Assembly: GCA_035534535.1 (NCBI GenBank)
Contig: DATLRS010000007.1
Coordinates: 7,562-71,561 of the forward strand
Source of the DNA: Stellaceae bacterium
GTDB taxonomy: Bacteria; Pseudomonadota; Alphaproteobacteria; ATCC43930; CGMCC-115725
Length of the DNA stretch: 64,000 bases
Direction: 5' to 3'
In this document: positions 1 through 8,736 of the stretch, piece by piece
Layout of the letters: every line of letters starts with the position of its first letter
Numbering within the stretch: position 1 is the first letter of the stretch
Position numbers and translations under genes: made by a program
Notes under the pieces: model-generated
What the model was told of the DNA's origin: nothing
The model's input: the letters and a program-made list of their open reading frames with translations, nothing else
Databases searched by the model: none

Positions 1-280
1 CGTGAAGATCGCGGTAGAGGTCCAGCCAATGCGGATTTTCCTGCTCGATCAACTCAATTTTCCAGTTCCGCTTCCACTCCTTGATTTGTTTCTCGCGACG
101 GATCGCTGATTCCCAATCGTCGTGCGGCTCGAACCAGACCAGGCGATCGACGCCATATTTGGCGGTAAAGCCGGCAACCGCTTTGCTTTTGTGCTGCCAT
201 ATCCGGCCGGCGAGGTCAGTCGTGACGCCAGTGTACAGCGTTCCGTGAGGCTTGCTGGCCAGCACATAAACAAAGAACAT
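1..280 (-). CDS. GIY-YIG nuclease family protein (small URI-domain-only protein); C-terminus and stop lie left of the window
   Basis: Own translation of the minus strand from ATG at 280: MFFVYVLASKPHGTLYTGVTTDLAGRIWQHKSKAVAGFTAKYGVDRLVWFEPHDDWESAIRREKQIKEWKRNWKIELIEQENPHWLDLYRDLH. GIY...YTG, R and E/N core motifs are present. Not in the ORF track because there is no stop inside the window. Confidence 0.8.
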   Translation of the reverse strand, partial: MFFVYVLASKPHGTLYTGVTTDLAGRIWQHKSKAVAGFTAKYGVDRLVWFEPHDDWESAIRREKQIKEWKRNWKIELIEQENPHWLDLYRDLH

Positions 281-348
281 CGCGCCGGCCTCGAAATGGG
301 TCCCGGCTTCCGCCGGGACGACAGCGGAATCGACCCCACCGCGCACTC

Positions 349-1347
349 CTACAGCCACGCTGGGGTCGGCAGGTTTTTCTCGCGCAGGAAGGCCGGGTTG
401 AACAGCTTCGACTGGTAGCGCGTACCGGAATCGGCGAGGATCGTGACGATCGTGTGGCCGGGGCCGAGTTCCTTCGCGAGGCGGATCGCGCCGCAAATGT
501 TGATGCCGGTCGAGCCGCCGAGCACCAGCCCCTCCTCGACCACGAGGTCGAACAGGATTGGCAACATCTCCTCGTCGGTGATCTGGAACTGGCCGTCGGG
601 GGCGAACCCTTCGAGGTTCCTGGTCTCGCGGTTGTTGCCGATCCCCTCGGTGATCGAGTTGCCTTCCGGCTTGAACTCGTGCCGGGCGTACCAGCCGTAG
701 ATGCCCGATCCCATCGGATCGGCCAGGTAGATCTTGACGTTCCGGTTGCGCTCCTTCAACGCGATGCCGGTCCCGGACAGCGTGCCGCCGGTGCCGACCG
801 AGCAGGTGAAGCCGTCGACCTTGCCGTCGGTCTGGGCCCAGATCTCGGGGCCCGTCGTCTCATAGTGGGCGCGCCGGTTGGCAAGGTTGTCGAACTGGTT
901 GGCCCAGATCGCGCCGTTCGGCTCTCGGGCCGCGATCTCCTCGGCGAGGCGCCCGGAATAGCGCACGTAGTTGTTGGGATTGCTGTAGGGGGCCGCGGGC
1001 ACGAGCCGCAGATCGACGCCGCACAGCCGCAGCATGTCCTTTTTTTCCTGGCTCTGCGTCTCGGGCAGGACGATGACGGTGCGGTAGCCGCGGGCATTGC
1101 CGACCAATGCCAGGCCGATCCCGGTATTGCCGGCGGTGCCCTCGACGACGACCCCGCCGGGCTTCAAGAGGCCGCGCTCCTCGGCATCCTTGATGATGTA
1201 GAGCGCGGCGCGGTCCTTGACCGAGCCGCCGGGGTTCAAGAACTCGGCCTTGCCGAGGATCGTGCAGCCGGTCGCCTCCGAGGCGCGGCGCAGCTTGATG
1301 AGGGGCGTGTTGCCGACCGCGCCGACAAAGCCGTCGCTGATATCCAT
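349..1347 (-). CDS. PLP-dependent cysteine synthase family protein (CysK/CBS-like)
   Basis: Conserved part of ORF 349..1908(-) starts at MDISDGFVGAVGNTPLIKL (ATG 1347). Motifs GGSVKDR, GTAGNTGIGLA, SVGTGGTLSG. The upstream 187 codons of the ORF are an Arg/Ala-rich GC artefact. Confidence 0.85.
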   Translation of the reverse strand: MDISDGFVGAVGNTPLIKLRRASEATGCTILGKAEFLNPGGSVKDRAALYIIKDAEERGLLKPGGVVVEGTAGNTGIGLALVGNARGYRTVIVLPETQSQEKKDMLRLCGVDLRLVPAAPYSNPNNYVRYSGRLAEEIAAREPNGAIWANQFDNLANRRAHYETTGPEIWAQTDGKVDGFTCSVGTGGTLSGTGIALKERNRNVKIYLADPMGSGIYGWYARHEFKPEGNSITEGIGNNRETRNLEGFAPDGQFQITDEEMLPILFDLVVEEGLVLGGSTGINICGAIRLAKELGPGHTIVTILADSGTRYQSKLFNPAFLREKNLPTPAWL

Positions 1348-1499
1348 GCCCCACCTCCAGCCGCTGGTACTGTGCAATCTGCCGGCAACACTATCGGGCG
1401 GCGCACAATAAGGGCAAGCCGGCCGGACTTGCGCCCGATTTACGGCCCGCGCCCTATGGCTTAGAACGGGCGCCATCGCAGTCGAGGGATGTCGCCGGC

Positions 1500-2714
1500 A
1501 TGAACGAGGCGCACACGGGCACGCTCTTCCCGATGCCCGAGAGCGAGCGCCCGCTCGGGGAACTCTTTCCGCCCCCCGAACCGCGCGAGCTCGAGCATGC
1601 AACCGGGATCCTGCCGTCGCAGCTGTTGCGCGACGCCATCGAGCGGACCCGCGAGATCCGCTCGCTGGAGCCGATCGGCGATGATCAGATCCAGCCCGCC
1701 AGCGTCGATCTGCGCCTCGGCGACGTGGCGCATCGCGTGCGCGCCAGCTTCCTGCCGGGCCCCGATCACTCGGTCGCCGAGAAGCTGCAAACCTTGCAGC
1801 TCCATACACTGGACCTGCGCGACGGTGCTGTCCTCGAAAAGGATTGCGTTTATATCGTCCCGTTGCTGGAGCATCTGGCGCTACGCTATCGCACCTCGGG
1901 CGCCGCAAATCCCAAGAGTTCGACCGGCCGGCTCAACGTCTTTGCCCGCGTCATCACCGATCATGGCGGCGAGTTCGATGCCATTCGGCCAAACTATGCC
2001 GGCCCGCTCTATGTCGAATTATCGCCGCGGTCGTTCAGCATCCGGGTGCGAAAAGGCTCTCGGCTGGTGCAGCTGCGGGTCCGCCGCGGGCGGCCGACCT
2101 CCAGCAACGCCGCGTTGCGCCGGCTGCATGAGGAGGTCGGATTTGACATCGTCCCGCCCGGGCAGCCGATCCGGCAGGAGCTGATCGAAGGCGGTCTCGC
2201 CGTTTCGGTCGATGTTGTCGGCACACGCCGCAATGGATTTGTCGGCTATAAGGCAAGAAAACACACCCCGGTCATCGATGTTGATAAAATTAACTACTAC
2301 AGCATAAGAGAATTCTGGGATCCTGTGCTCACCCGTCGCGGCAATGGAATAATACTGGATCCGGACGATTTCTATATTCTGGCCTCGCGCGAGGCGGTGA
2401 TCATACCCACCGATCAGGCGGCAGAGATGCTGGCGTACGACACGCTGGTCGGCGAATTCAGGGTGCATTACGCGGGGTTTTTCGACCCCGGTTTCGGGAT
2501 GCCGGAGACCGGCGGCAGCGGTAGCCGCGCCGTGCTGGAGGTGCGCTCGCACGAGGTGCCGTTCGTGATCGAGCACGGCCAGATCGTCGGCCGTCTCGTC
2601 TACGAGCGTCTGATCACCCGCCCCGACCGCCTCTATGGCGGCGCGATCGGTTCCTCCTACCAGCGCCAGGGCCTCGCTCTGTCAAAGCATTTCAAGAAGG
2701 TGGCGTTCGCCTGA
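1500..2714 (+). CDS. 2'-deoxycytidine 5'-triphosphate deaminase-like protein (long alphaproteobacterial DCD family)
   Basis: 404-aa ORF. Recognised by overall similarity to the ~370-aa DCD family common in Rhizobiales (ASVDLRLG, NPKSSTGRLNVF, VGEFRVHYAGFFDPGFG). The start may be the internal M12. Confidence 0.7.
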   Translation: MNEAHTGTLFPMPESERPLGELFPPPEPRELEHATGILPSQLLRDAIERTREIRSLEPIGDDQIQPASVDLRLGDVAHRVRASFLPGPDHSVAEKLQTLQLHTLDLRDGAVLEKDCVYIVPLLEHLALRYRTSGAANPKSSTGRLNVFARVITDHGGEFDAIRPNYAGPLYVELSPRSFSIRVRKGSRLVQLRVRRGRPTSSNAALRRLHEEVGFDIVPPGQPIRQELIEGGLAVSVDVVGTRRNGFVGYKARKHTPVIDVDKINYYSIREFWDPVLTRRGNGIILDPDDFYILASREAVIIPTDQAAEMLAYDTLVGEFRVHYAGFFDPGFGMPETGGSGSRAVLEVRSHEVPFVIEHGQIVGRLVYERLITRPDRLYGGAIGSSYQRQGLALSKHFKKVAFA

Positions 2715-2729
2715 GCGGCGGCTGGCGCA

Positions 2730-3533
2730 CTATTTCTTGGTCTTGCGCGCCTTGGCGATCAGCCCCTTCAGATCGTCGAGGCTGATCGCGCCGGGCACGA
2801 TCTCGTCGCCGATCACAAAGCCCGGCGTGCCGCGGATGTCGAGCGCCTCGGCGAGCTTGATATTGGCCTTCAGGTCGGTGTTGACCGCGGGGTCGCTCAT
2901 GTCGTGCTTGAGCTGGTCGATATTGAGCCCGACCGCGGCTGCCACCTTGAACACCGCAGCGTCGTCGATGTGGCCTTTGAGCGCCATCATGGTGCGGTGA
3001 AAGGCGTCGTATTTGCCCTGTTTGCGTGCCGCGAGCGCGGCCCGCGCAGCGGTCACCGAGGCCGGCCCCAGTACCGGAAACTCCTTGTAGACGAAGCGCA
3101 GCTGGCTGTCCTCGCGCAGCAGTTTTTCGAGGGCCGGCTCAACCTCCTTGCAATAAGGGCATTCGTAGTCGAAGAATTCGACGAGCGAGACGTCGCCCTT
3201 CGGGTTGCCCGCGACCGGCGAATTCGGGTCGTCGAACACCTCTTGCCGACGCTTGACGAGGGTGGCGGAGGCCTTGTCGTGCGCCTCGCTCTTCATCTTG
3301 TCTTCGGCCGCTTGCAGCGTTTGGAGCACCTCCTCGGGGTGCTTTGCCAGGTAGTCCCTGACGATCGCCTCGATCGCCTGGTGCTGCTCGGGCGTGAACG
3401 CCGCGGCGGCGGCCCGGCCGGGCGCCAGCAGCCCGACCAATGCGATGAGCCCCAACAAAGCGCCGCCCAGGCGCCAACCGGACGGCGGCGATAGCGGCCT
3501 CGTCGGCCGGCGGATCGGCAGTCGCATTGTCAT
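2730..3533 (-). CDS. DsbA family thiol:disulfide oxidoreductase (periplasmic)
   Basis: ORF 2730..3572(-). CPYC active site (FFDYECPYCKE) and an N-terminal hydrophobic signal/anchor. ATG at 3533 is preceded by GAAGGGAG. The track start at 3572 is a TTG. Confidence 0.8.
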   Translation of the reverse strand: MTMRLPIRRPTRPLSPPSGWRLGGALLGLIALVGLLAPGRAAAAAFTPEQHQAIEAIVRDYLAKHPEEVLQTLQAAEDKMKSEAHDKASATLVKRRQEVFDDPNSPVAGNPKGDVSLVEFFDYECPYCKEVEPALEKLLREDSQLRFVYKEFPVLGPASVTAARAALAARKQGKYDAFHRTMMALKGHIDDAAVFKVAAAVGLNIDQLKHDMSDPAVNTDLKANIKLAEALDIRGTPGFVIGDEIVPGAISLDDLKGLIAKARKTKK

Positions 3534-3568
3534 TAAAACTCCCTTCGGCAAGGCGGCAGCGGCGATCT

Positions 3569-4927
3569 TCAATCGTCGAGCTGCTTCGCTTCGCGGTTGA
3601 TTTCCACGGCGCGGGCAAAGGCGACGCTGTTGCGGCCCAGCAACTGCTGCGCGCGCTTGGATTGCTGGATGGCGTCGTCCTTTTTTCCGTTGGCGAGCGC
3701 CTGTTCGGCCAGCGACAGGGCTGCCATGCCCATCTGGTTGTCGCGTCCATAGGCGACGGCCAGGAAATGCCAGATCTGGCTGTCGTGCGCCTCCTCGCGG
3801 CTCGCATCGTTGAGATAGGCAATCGCGCGCCGGTTATAGGCCGGGTCGCCGGTCTCGATATAGACCTGCGACAGCGCGACGCGCAGCAATGGCGCCGACG
3901 GCGCCAGCCGCACCGCCTCCTCATAGGGGTGGATCGCGGCGCGGACATGGCCATTCTCGAACAGCATCTGGCCTTTCAGTTCGCGGTAATACGGGTTGGC
4001 GGGAAAATCGCGGATCAGCCCGTCGATCTCCGGCACCGCCTTCTGCAGATCGGGAATGCGGTAGTACGCGATCGCCCGCGCATAACGCGCCATTTCGGAT
4101 CGATCGGTCGGCGGATAGGCCGCCAGCGTCTTGGAGGGCGGGTCGAGGAAGGCATGCAGCTTGACCTGGATATGGCGCAGCAGCTCGGCCGAGCCCGGCC
4201 GGTCGGGCGCATTCGAGCAGCGGGCGTGCGCGACATGGTCGCGGACATAGTCGATCCGTTCGGCGGTCAGCGGGTGGGTGCGGGTCCACTGATCCTCGCT
4301 GTCGCCGTTCAGCATTTCGTTGCTCTGCAGAATCTCGAAAAAGCGCAGCAAACCGCGAGCCGACAGGCAGGCGCGGTCGAGGTAGTTGAGCGCGGCGTGA
4401 TCCGCGGTCGCCTCCTGGGCGATCGAGAATTGCAGGAAGTGGCGCTCGCCGACCCCCAGCGCACCGAGCATCGGCGCGCCGCTGTGTCCGGCGACCGAGG
4501 CCGCCGCACCGAGCACCATCGCGATGATGGTTTCGATGCTGGCGTTGTGCATCTCCTGTTCCGCCCGCAGGATGTGCCCGCCGGCGATGTGTCCGGTCTC
4601 GTGCGCGATGACGCCGATCAGCTGGTCCGGGTTTTCCACCGCCAGCAGCAGCCCGGTGTTGAGGAAGATCGCCTGACCGCCGGCGACGAACGAATTGATC
4701 TGATTGTCCTCGACCATATAGACCCCGACATCGCTCGGTTCGAGCCCGGCGGCGCGCCAGATCGGGCTCGCCAGGGTGCGAATGTCGTTCTCGATCTCGG
4801 TGTCGCGCAGCCCGACCGGAGCGCCCGCCGGAGCGCCCGCCGCCGGCGGCGCGCCGCTCACCAGCACCGACAGCAGGGCGATCATGACGGCCCCGCGCGC
4901 CAACCACACCGACACCGCCGCTCTCAC
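3569..4927 (-). CDS. M48 family metalloprotease with C-terminal TPR repeats (BepA/YfgC-like)
   Basis: HETGHIAGGH (HExxH) plus a TPR-like C-terminal half, and a signal-like N-terminus. Start uncertain: GTG 4927 gives RAAVSVWLARGAVMIALLSVLV; ATG 4885 is the alternative. Confidence 0.8.
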   Translation of the reverse strand: MRAAVSVWLARGAVMIALLSVLVSGAPPAAGAPAGAPVGLRDTEIENDIRTLASPIWRAAGLEPSDVGVYMVEDNQINSFVAGGQAIFLNTGLLLAVENPDQLIGVIAHETGHIAGGHILRAEQEMHNASIETIIAMVLGAAASVAGHSGAPMLGALGVGERHFLQFSIAQEATADHAALNYLDRACLSARGLLRFFEILQSNEMLNGDSEDQWTRTHPLTAERIDYVRDHVAHARCSNAPDRPGSAELLRHIQVKLHAFLDPPSKTLAAYPPTDRSEMARYARAIAYYRIPDLQKAVPEIDGLIRDFPANPYYRELKGQMLFENGHVRAAIHPYEEAVRLAPSAPLLRVALSQVYIETGDPAYNRRAIAYLNDASREEAHDSQIWHFLAVAYGRDNQMGMAALSLAEQALANGKKDDAIQQSKRAQQLLGRNSVAFARAVEINREAKQLDD

Positions 4928-5044
4928 AATCTGCCTGCCTGCTCCGGGCGATTGCCGGGCCAATCCCGCTATCCGGTGGCGCGATAGGACCCAATTGCGG
5001 CAATCGCACGGCGATCGGCGCGCCCGGCACGGCGAGCGGGCGCG

Positions 5045-5091
5045 ATCACGCGGGTGCAATCACGCGGGTGCATCACGCGGGTGCATCACGA
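5045..5091. repeat. Tandem repeat, about 3.5 copies of ATCACGCGGGTGC(A) (13-14 bp), overlapping the rne stop codon
   Basis: Read directly: atcacgcgggtgca atcacgcgggtgc atcacgcgggtgc atcacga. The rne stop (tca on + strand) is at 5086-5088. Confidence 0.9.
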
Positions 5092-8000
5092 TTGGATGAG
5101 TCGCTGCCACCAGCCCCGCCGCGGGTTTGCCGGCTTTTCCGTTATCGTACGGACGTCGTCATCGGCCGTCGGCAGCGCGGCGTCCGGATCTTCCCGGTGC
5201 GCCGGTGCGACGTCCGCCGCAGTCTCCTCCAGCACGCGCACCTCCTCGCCGGCCGTCGATGGCGCGGCGTTCGGATCTTCCCACGCCGGTGCGCCTTCCG
5301 CCGCAGTCTCCTCGAGCACGCGCTCGACCTCGCTGGCAAACGGAATCCCCGGCTCGCTCTCGGCGGTCGGCAGCGGGACGGTCGGCAGCGGGGCGGTCGG
5401 CAGCGGGGCGGTCGCAGCCTCCGGCGCGTCGTCTTGTGCCGGTGGCGGCGGCAATGCGGCGCGATCGCCGTCGCCGGCGAGCGGCGCCAGGCTGGCGGCT
5501 TCGAGGCCCGATTCGGCGGGCCAGCTCGCGAAGTCGGGCGGCGTCTCGAGCGAGTCCCGATTGTCGTCGGCCGCCGCCGCCGCGACGATCTCGATCGTCT
5601 CGGCGGCAATCGGCAACGGCGCGGCACCCTCCGTCGTCTCGTCGCGCCGCACCCGGGCGCGGCCGCCGCGCCGGCCGCGGCGCCGGCGGCGGCGCTCGGC
5701 CTCGCGTTCCGCTTCGCCTGCGTCTCCGGCCTCGAGCGCGGCCGGTTCCTCAGCCGGCGCCGCGGCCGGCCGCGTCTCACGCGGCTCCTTGGTCCGGCGA
5801 CGACGACGCGGCCGCCGCCGCCGCCCGCGCTCCTCCTCGCCGGCTTCTTCCGCCCCAGCTTCGACCGGCCCAGCGTCGACCAACCGGGGCTCGACCGACC
5901 GGGGCTCGACCGACCGGGCCGCGACAGCGACCGGCGCCTCGTTGTCGTCTTCGTCTTCGTCTTCGTCCTCCTCCTCGCGCTCGTCCTCCAGGCCCGGCAT
6001 CAGGCTCGGCGCCTGGATCGCGCGCAGCGGCGGCGCCTCGCCGGGCACGTGCGAGCGCAGCCGCTCGAGGCGGAAGTTCGGCGGGATCAGCGTATCGTCG
6101 CTCGCCACCGTGACCTTGACACCATAGCGGATCTCGATCTGGGCCAGCGAATCGCGCTTCTGGTTGAGGATGTAGAGCGCCACATTGGTCGGCACATAGA
6201 TGCAGATCTCGGCCGAGCGGCGGCGGATTCCCTCCTCCTCGATCGAGCGCAGCACGTAGAGCGCGGTCGATTCGACCGACCGGATAAAGCCGGTGCCGCC
6301 GCAATGCGGACAGGGCTGGGTCGAGGCTTCGGCCAAGGACGGGCGCAGCCGCTGCCGCGACATCTCCAGCAGCCCGAACGGGCTGATGCGGCCCACCTGG
6401 ATGCGCGCGCGGTCGTTCTTCAGCGCCTCCTTCAGCCGGCGCTCGACCGCCCCCTGGTTGCGGTGCTCCTCCATATCGATGAAATCGATGACGATCAGCC
6501 CGGCGAGGTCGCGCAACCGCAATTGCCGCGCGATCTCGTCGGCGGCCTCGAGGTTGGTGCGCAGCGCGGTTTCCTCGATATTGCGCTCGCGCGTCGAGCG
6601 GCCGGAATTGACGTCGATCGAAACCAGCGCCTCGGTCTGGTTGATGACGATGTAGCCGCCCGAGCGCAATTGCGCGACCGGCGAATGGATCGCGTCGATC
6701 TGGCTCTCAATCTGGAAGCGCTGAAACAGCGGCACCTGCGGATCGCGATAGGGCTGCACGCGCTTCGCGTGGCTCGGCATCAGGGTGCGCATGAACGCCT
6801 TGGCGGTCTTGTAGCCCTCCTCGCCTTCGACCAGCACCTCGTCGAGGTCGCGCGTGTAGTGATCGCGAATCGACCGCTTGATCAGATTGCCTTCCTCGTA
6901 GATCAGCGCCGGCGCCGACGATTTGAGCGTCAGATCGCGGATTTCGTTCCACAGGCGCAGCAGGTACTCGTAATCGCGCTTGATCTCAGGCTTCGAGCGT
7001 TCGGCGCCGGCGGTGCGGACGATGACCCCCATGCCTTCCGGGATCTCAAGATCTTCCAGGATGTCCTTCAACCGGCGGCGATCGGCGATGCTGGTGATCT
7101 TGCGCGACACGCCGCCGCCGCGGTTGGTGTTCGGCATCAGGACGCAATAGCGGCCGGCCAATGACAGGTAGGTGGTCAGCGCCGCCCCCTTGTTGCCGCG
7201 CTCCTCCTTGGCGACCTGCACCAGCATGATCTGGCGCCGCTTGACGACCTCCTGGATCTTGTAATGCCGCATCGGATGGGCGCGACGCCGCGCGGCGTCG
7301 GCCTCCTCGACTTCGTCGACCTCGTCGCCGCCCAGCGTCTCGACGCTTTCCGATTCGCCGTTCGCCACCGCGATGTCGCCGTCGCCCTGGCCGATGCCCT
7401 GGCCGATGCCCTGGCCGATGCCCTCGTTCAGCAGGTCGACCGCCGCACTCGCCGCGATCACCCGCGGCTCCTCGGTCAGTGTCTCGCCGAAGGCCGATGC
7501 CGCGACGGCAAAACCTACCGCCTCGCGCCCGGGCTCGCGACCGGGCATGCCCGGGCCCGCCGCCGCATCGTCGGATGCGGCCGGGGATGCGGCCGGGGAC
7601 GCGGCCGGAGACGCGGCCGGTGCGGAATCTTCGGCCGTGGTCCAGGCGGCCTCGAAAAAGGACGGTTCGGCCGGCTGCGACGCGGCCTCGGCGGCGCGCG
7701 GCGGGACGAATTCGTCGGGCTCGGGATCGCGCCACGGTGCCGCATCGACGGCACCGCGGTCGTCCTCGCCGTCCCCGGGGGCCTCGTCATCGGGGGCCGC
7801 GTCCCCGCGGGCCTCGTCCCCGGGGGCCTCGTCCCCGGGGGCCTCGTCATCGGGGGCCTCGTCCTCGGCGGCGGCGCTTTCGCCCACCATCACCGTCTCG
7901 GGCAGCACCGAGGCGAGCGGCGCTCCCTCGGATTCGCTGTCATCGGCGGCCGGCACGTAGCCGTTGCCGGTCGTCGTCTCGACCTCCTCACGCTCCCGAT

Positions 8001-8253
8001 CGCTCATCGGGATTCGGTAGTAATCGGGATGAATCTCGCTAAACGCCAGAAATCCGTGCCGATTGCCGCCGTAGTCGACAAACGCGGCCTGCAACGAAGG
8101 CTCGACCCGTGTCACCTTCGCTAGATAAATGTTGCCCTTGACCTGCTTTTTGGTGGACGACTCGACGTCGAATTCTTCGAGGCGATTACCGTTACTTACC
8201 ACCACCCGAGTTTCTTCGGGGTGGGCGGCATCAATAAGCATGCGCTTTGCCAT
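5086..8253 (-). CDS. rne: Ribonuclease E
   Basis: 1055-aa ORF. N-terminus MAKRMLIDAAHPEETRVVV...NIYLAKVTRVEPSLQAAFVDYG (S1 domain), catalytic LVSIDVNSG, Zn-link CPHCGGTG. Long acidic/low-complexity insertion after the S1 start. Arg-rich and acidic blocks in the C-terminal half. Confidence 0.95.
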   Translation of the reverse strand: MAKRMLIDAAHPEETRVVVSNGNRLEEFDVESSTKKQVKGNIYLAKVTRVEPSLQAAFVDYGGNRHGFLAFSEIHPDYYRIPMSDREREEVETTTGNGYVPAADDSESEGAPLASVLPETVMVGESAAAEDEAPDDEAPGDEAPGDEARGDAAPDDEAPGDGEDDRGAVDAAPWRDPEPDEFVPPRAAEAASQPAEPSFFEAAWTTAEDSAPAASPAASPAASPAASDDAAAGPGMPGREPGREAVGFAVAASAFGETLTEEPRVIAASAAVDLLNEGIGQGIGQGIGQGDGDIAVANGESESVETLGGDEVDEVEEADAARRRAHPMRHYKIQEVVKRRQIMLVQVAKEERGNKGAALTTYLSLAGRYCVLMPNTNRGGGVSRKITSIADRRRLKDILEDLEIPEGMGVIVRTAGAERSKPEIKRDYEYLLRLWNEIRDLTLKSSAPALIYEEGNLIKRSIRDHYTRDLDEVLVEGEEGYKTAKAFMRTLMPSHAKRVQPYRDPQVPLFQRFQIESQIDAIHSPVAQLRSGGYIVINQTEALVSIDVNSGRSTRERNIEETALRTNLEAADEIARQLRLRDLAGLIVIDFIDMEEHRNQGAVERRLKEALKNDRARIQVGRISPFGLLEMSRQRLRPSLAEASTQPCPHCGGTGFIRSVESTALYVLRSIEEEGIRRRSAEICIYVPTNVALYILNQKRDSLAQIEIRYGVKVTVASDDTLIPPNFRLERLRSHVPGEAPPLRAIQAPSLMPGLEDEREEEDEDEDEDDNEAPVAVAARSVEPRSVEPRLVDAGPVEAGAEEAGEEERGRRRRPRRRRRTKEPRETRPAAAPAEEPAALEAGDAGEAEREAERRRRRRGRRGGRARVRRDETTEGAAPLPIAAETIEIVAAAAADDNRDSLETPPDFASWPAESGLEAASLAPLAGDGDRAALPPPPAQDDAPEAATAPLPTAPLPTVPLPTAESEPGIPFASEVERVLEETAAEGAPAWEDPNAAPSTAGEEVRVLEETAADVAPAHREDPDAALPTADDDVRTITEKPANPRRGWWQRLIQS

Positions 8254-8597
8254 TCGGACGGAACTCCCAGGCGCGCGGCTGCAGCAGCCTTTAAGGCTGC
8301 CGGCGACGCGCTGCTGTGCGAAAGAAGGTGGTCGGGAAGCAAGCCGAAAGCGTTTGAGATCATGGCGTCGCGAAAATTGTTCATCAGCGTCGCATCAAAA
8401 CACGCTCGGCTTCGGGTTCATTCAATGCATAGACCGGTGCTGCGACCCGGCGCGGCGGCAACCGAGTTGCCGATCATGCGGATGTGCGTCGCAGCCCCGC
8501 CGGGCGACGTGCCCGGTCGGCGGATTCGCATTCAGTAATCTACGTTGTAAATGCCGCCGCCACAATGCTTTCCTCGCCGCGCGCCCGGCGCGGCCCG

Positions 8598-8642
8598 CAC
8601 AACCGCCTTGGACACAACCGCCTTGGACACAACCGCCTTGGA
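8598..8642. repeat. Perfect 3 x 15-bp tandem repeat CACAACCGCCTTGGA in the rne/mrcA divergent intergenic region
   Basis: Read directly. Coordinates confirmed with the spurious ORF 8484..9683, which translates it as HNRLG x3. Confidence 0.9.
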
Positions 8643-8736
8643 ATAGCCACAGGGGTGGCGCATAAGGTGCGCCGCCCGCGGGGGCGGCTGCGCCAGCGCT
8701 TCGCCCCAGCCACAGGAACCCGCGCCGTCGCGCCTC

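Noticed and set aside
8598-8642. Short perfect tandem arrays (also 5045-5091 and 14746-14775) considered as a CRISPR-like or iteron array.
   Set aside because: The units are contiguous with no spacers, number only 2-3.5 copies, and no cas or rep genes are present. They are reported only as tandem repeats.
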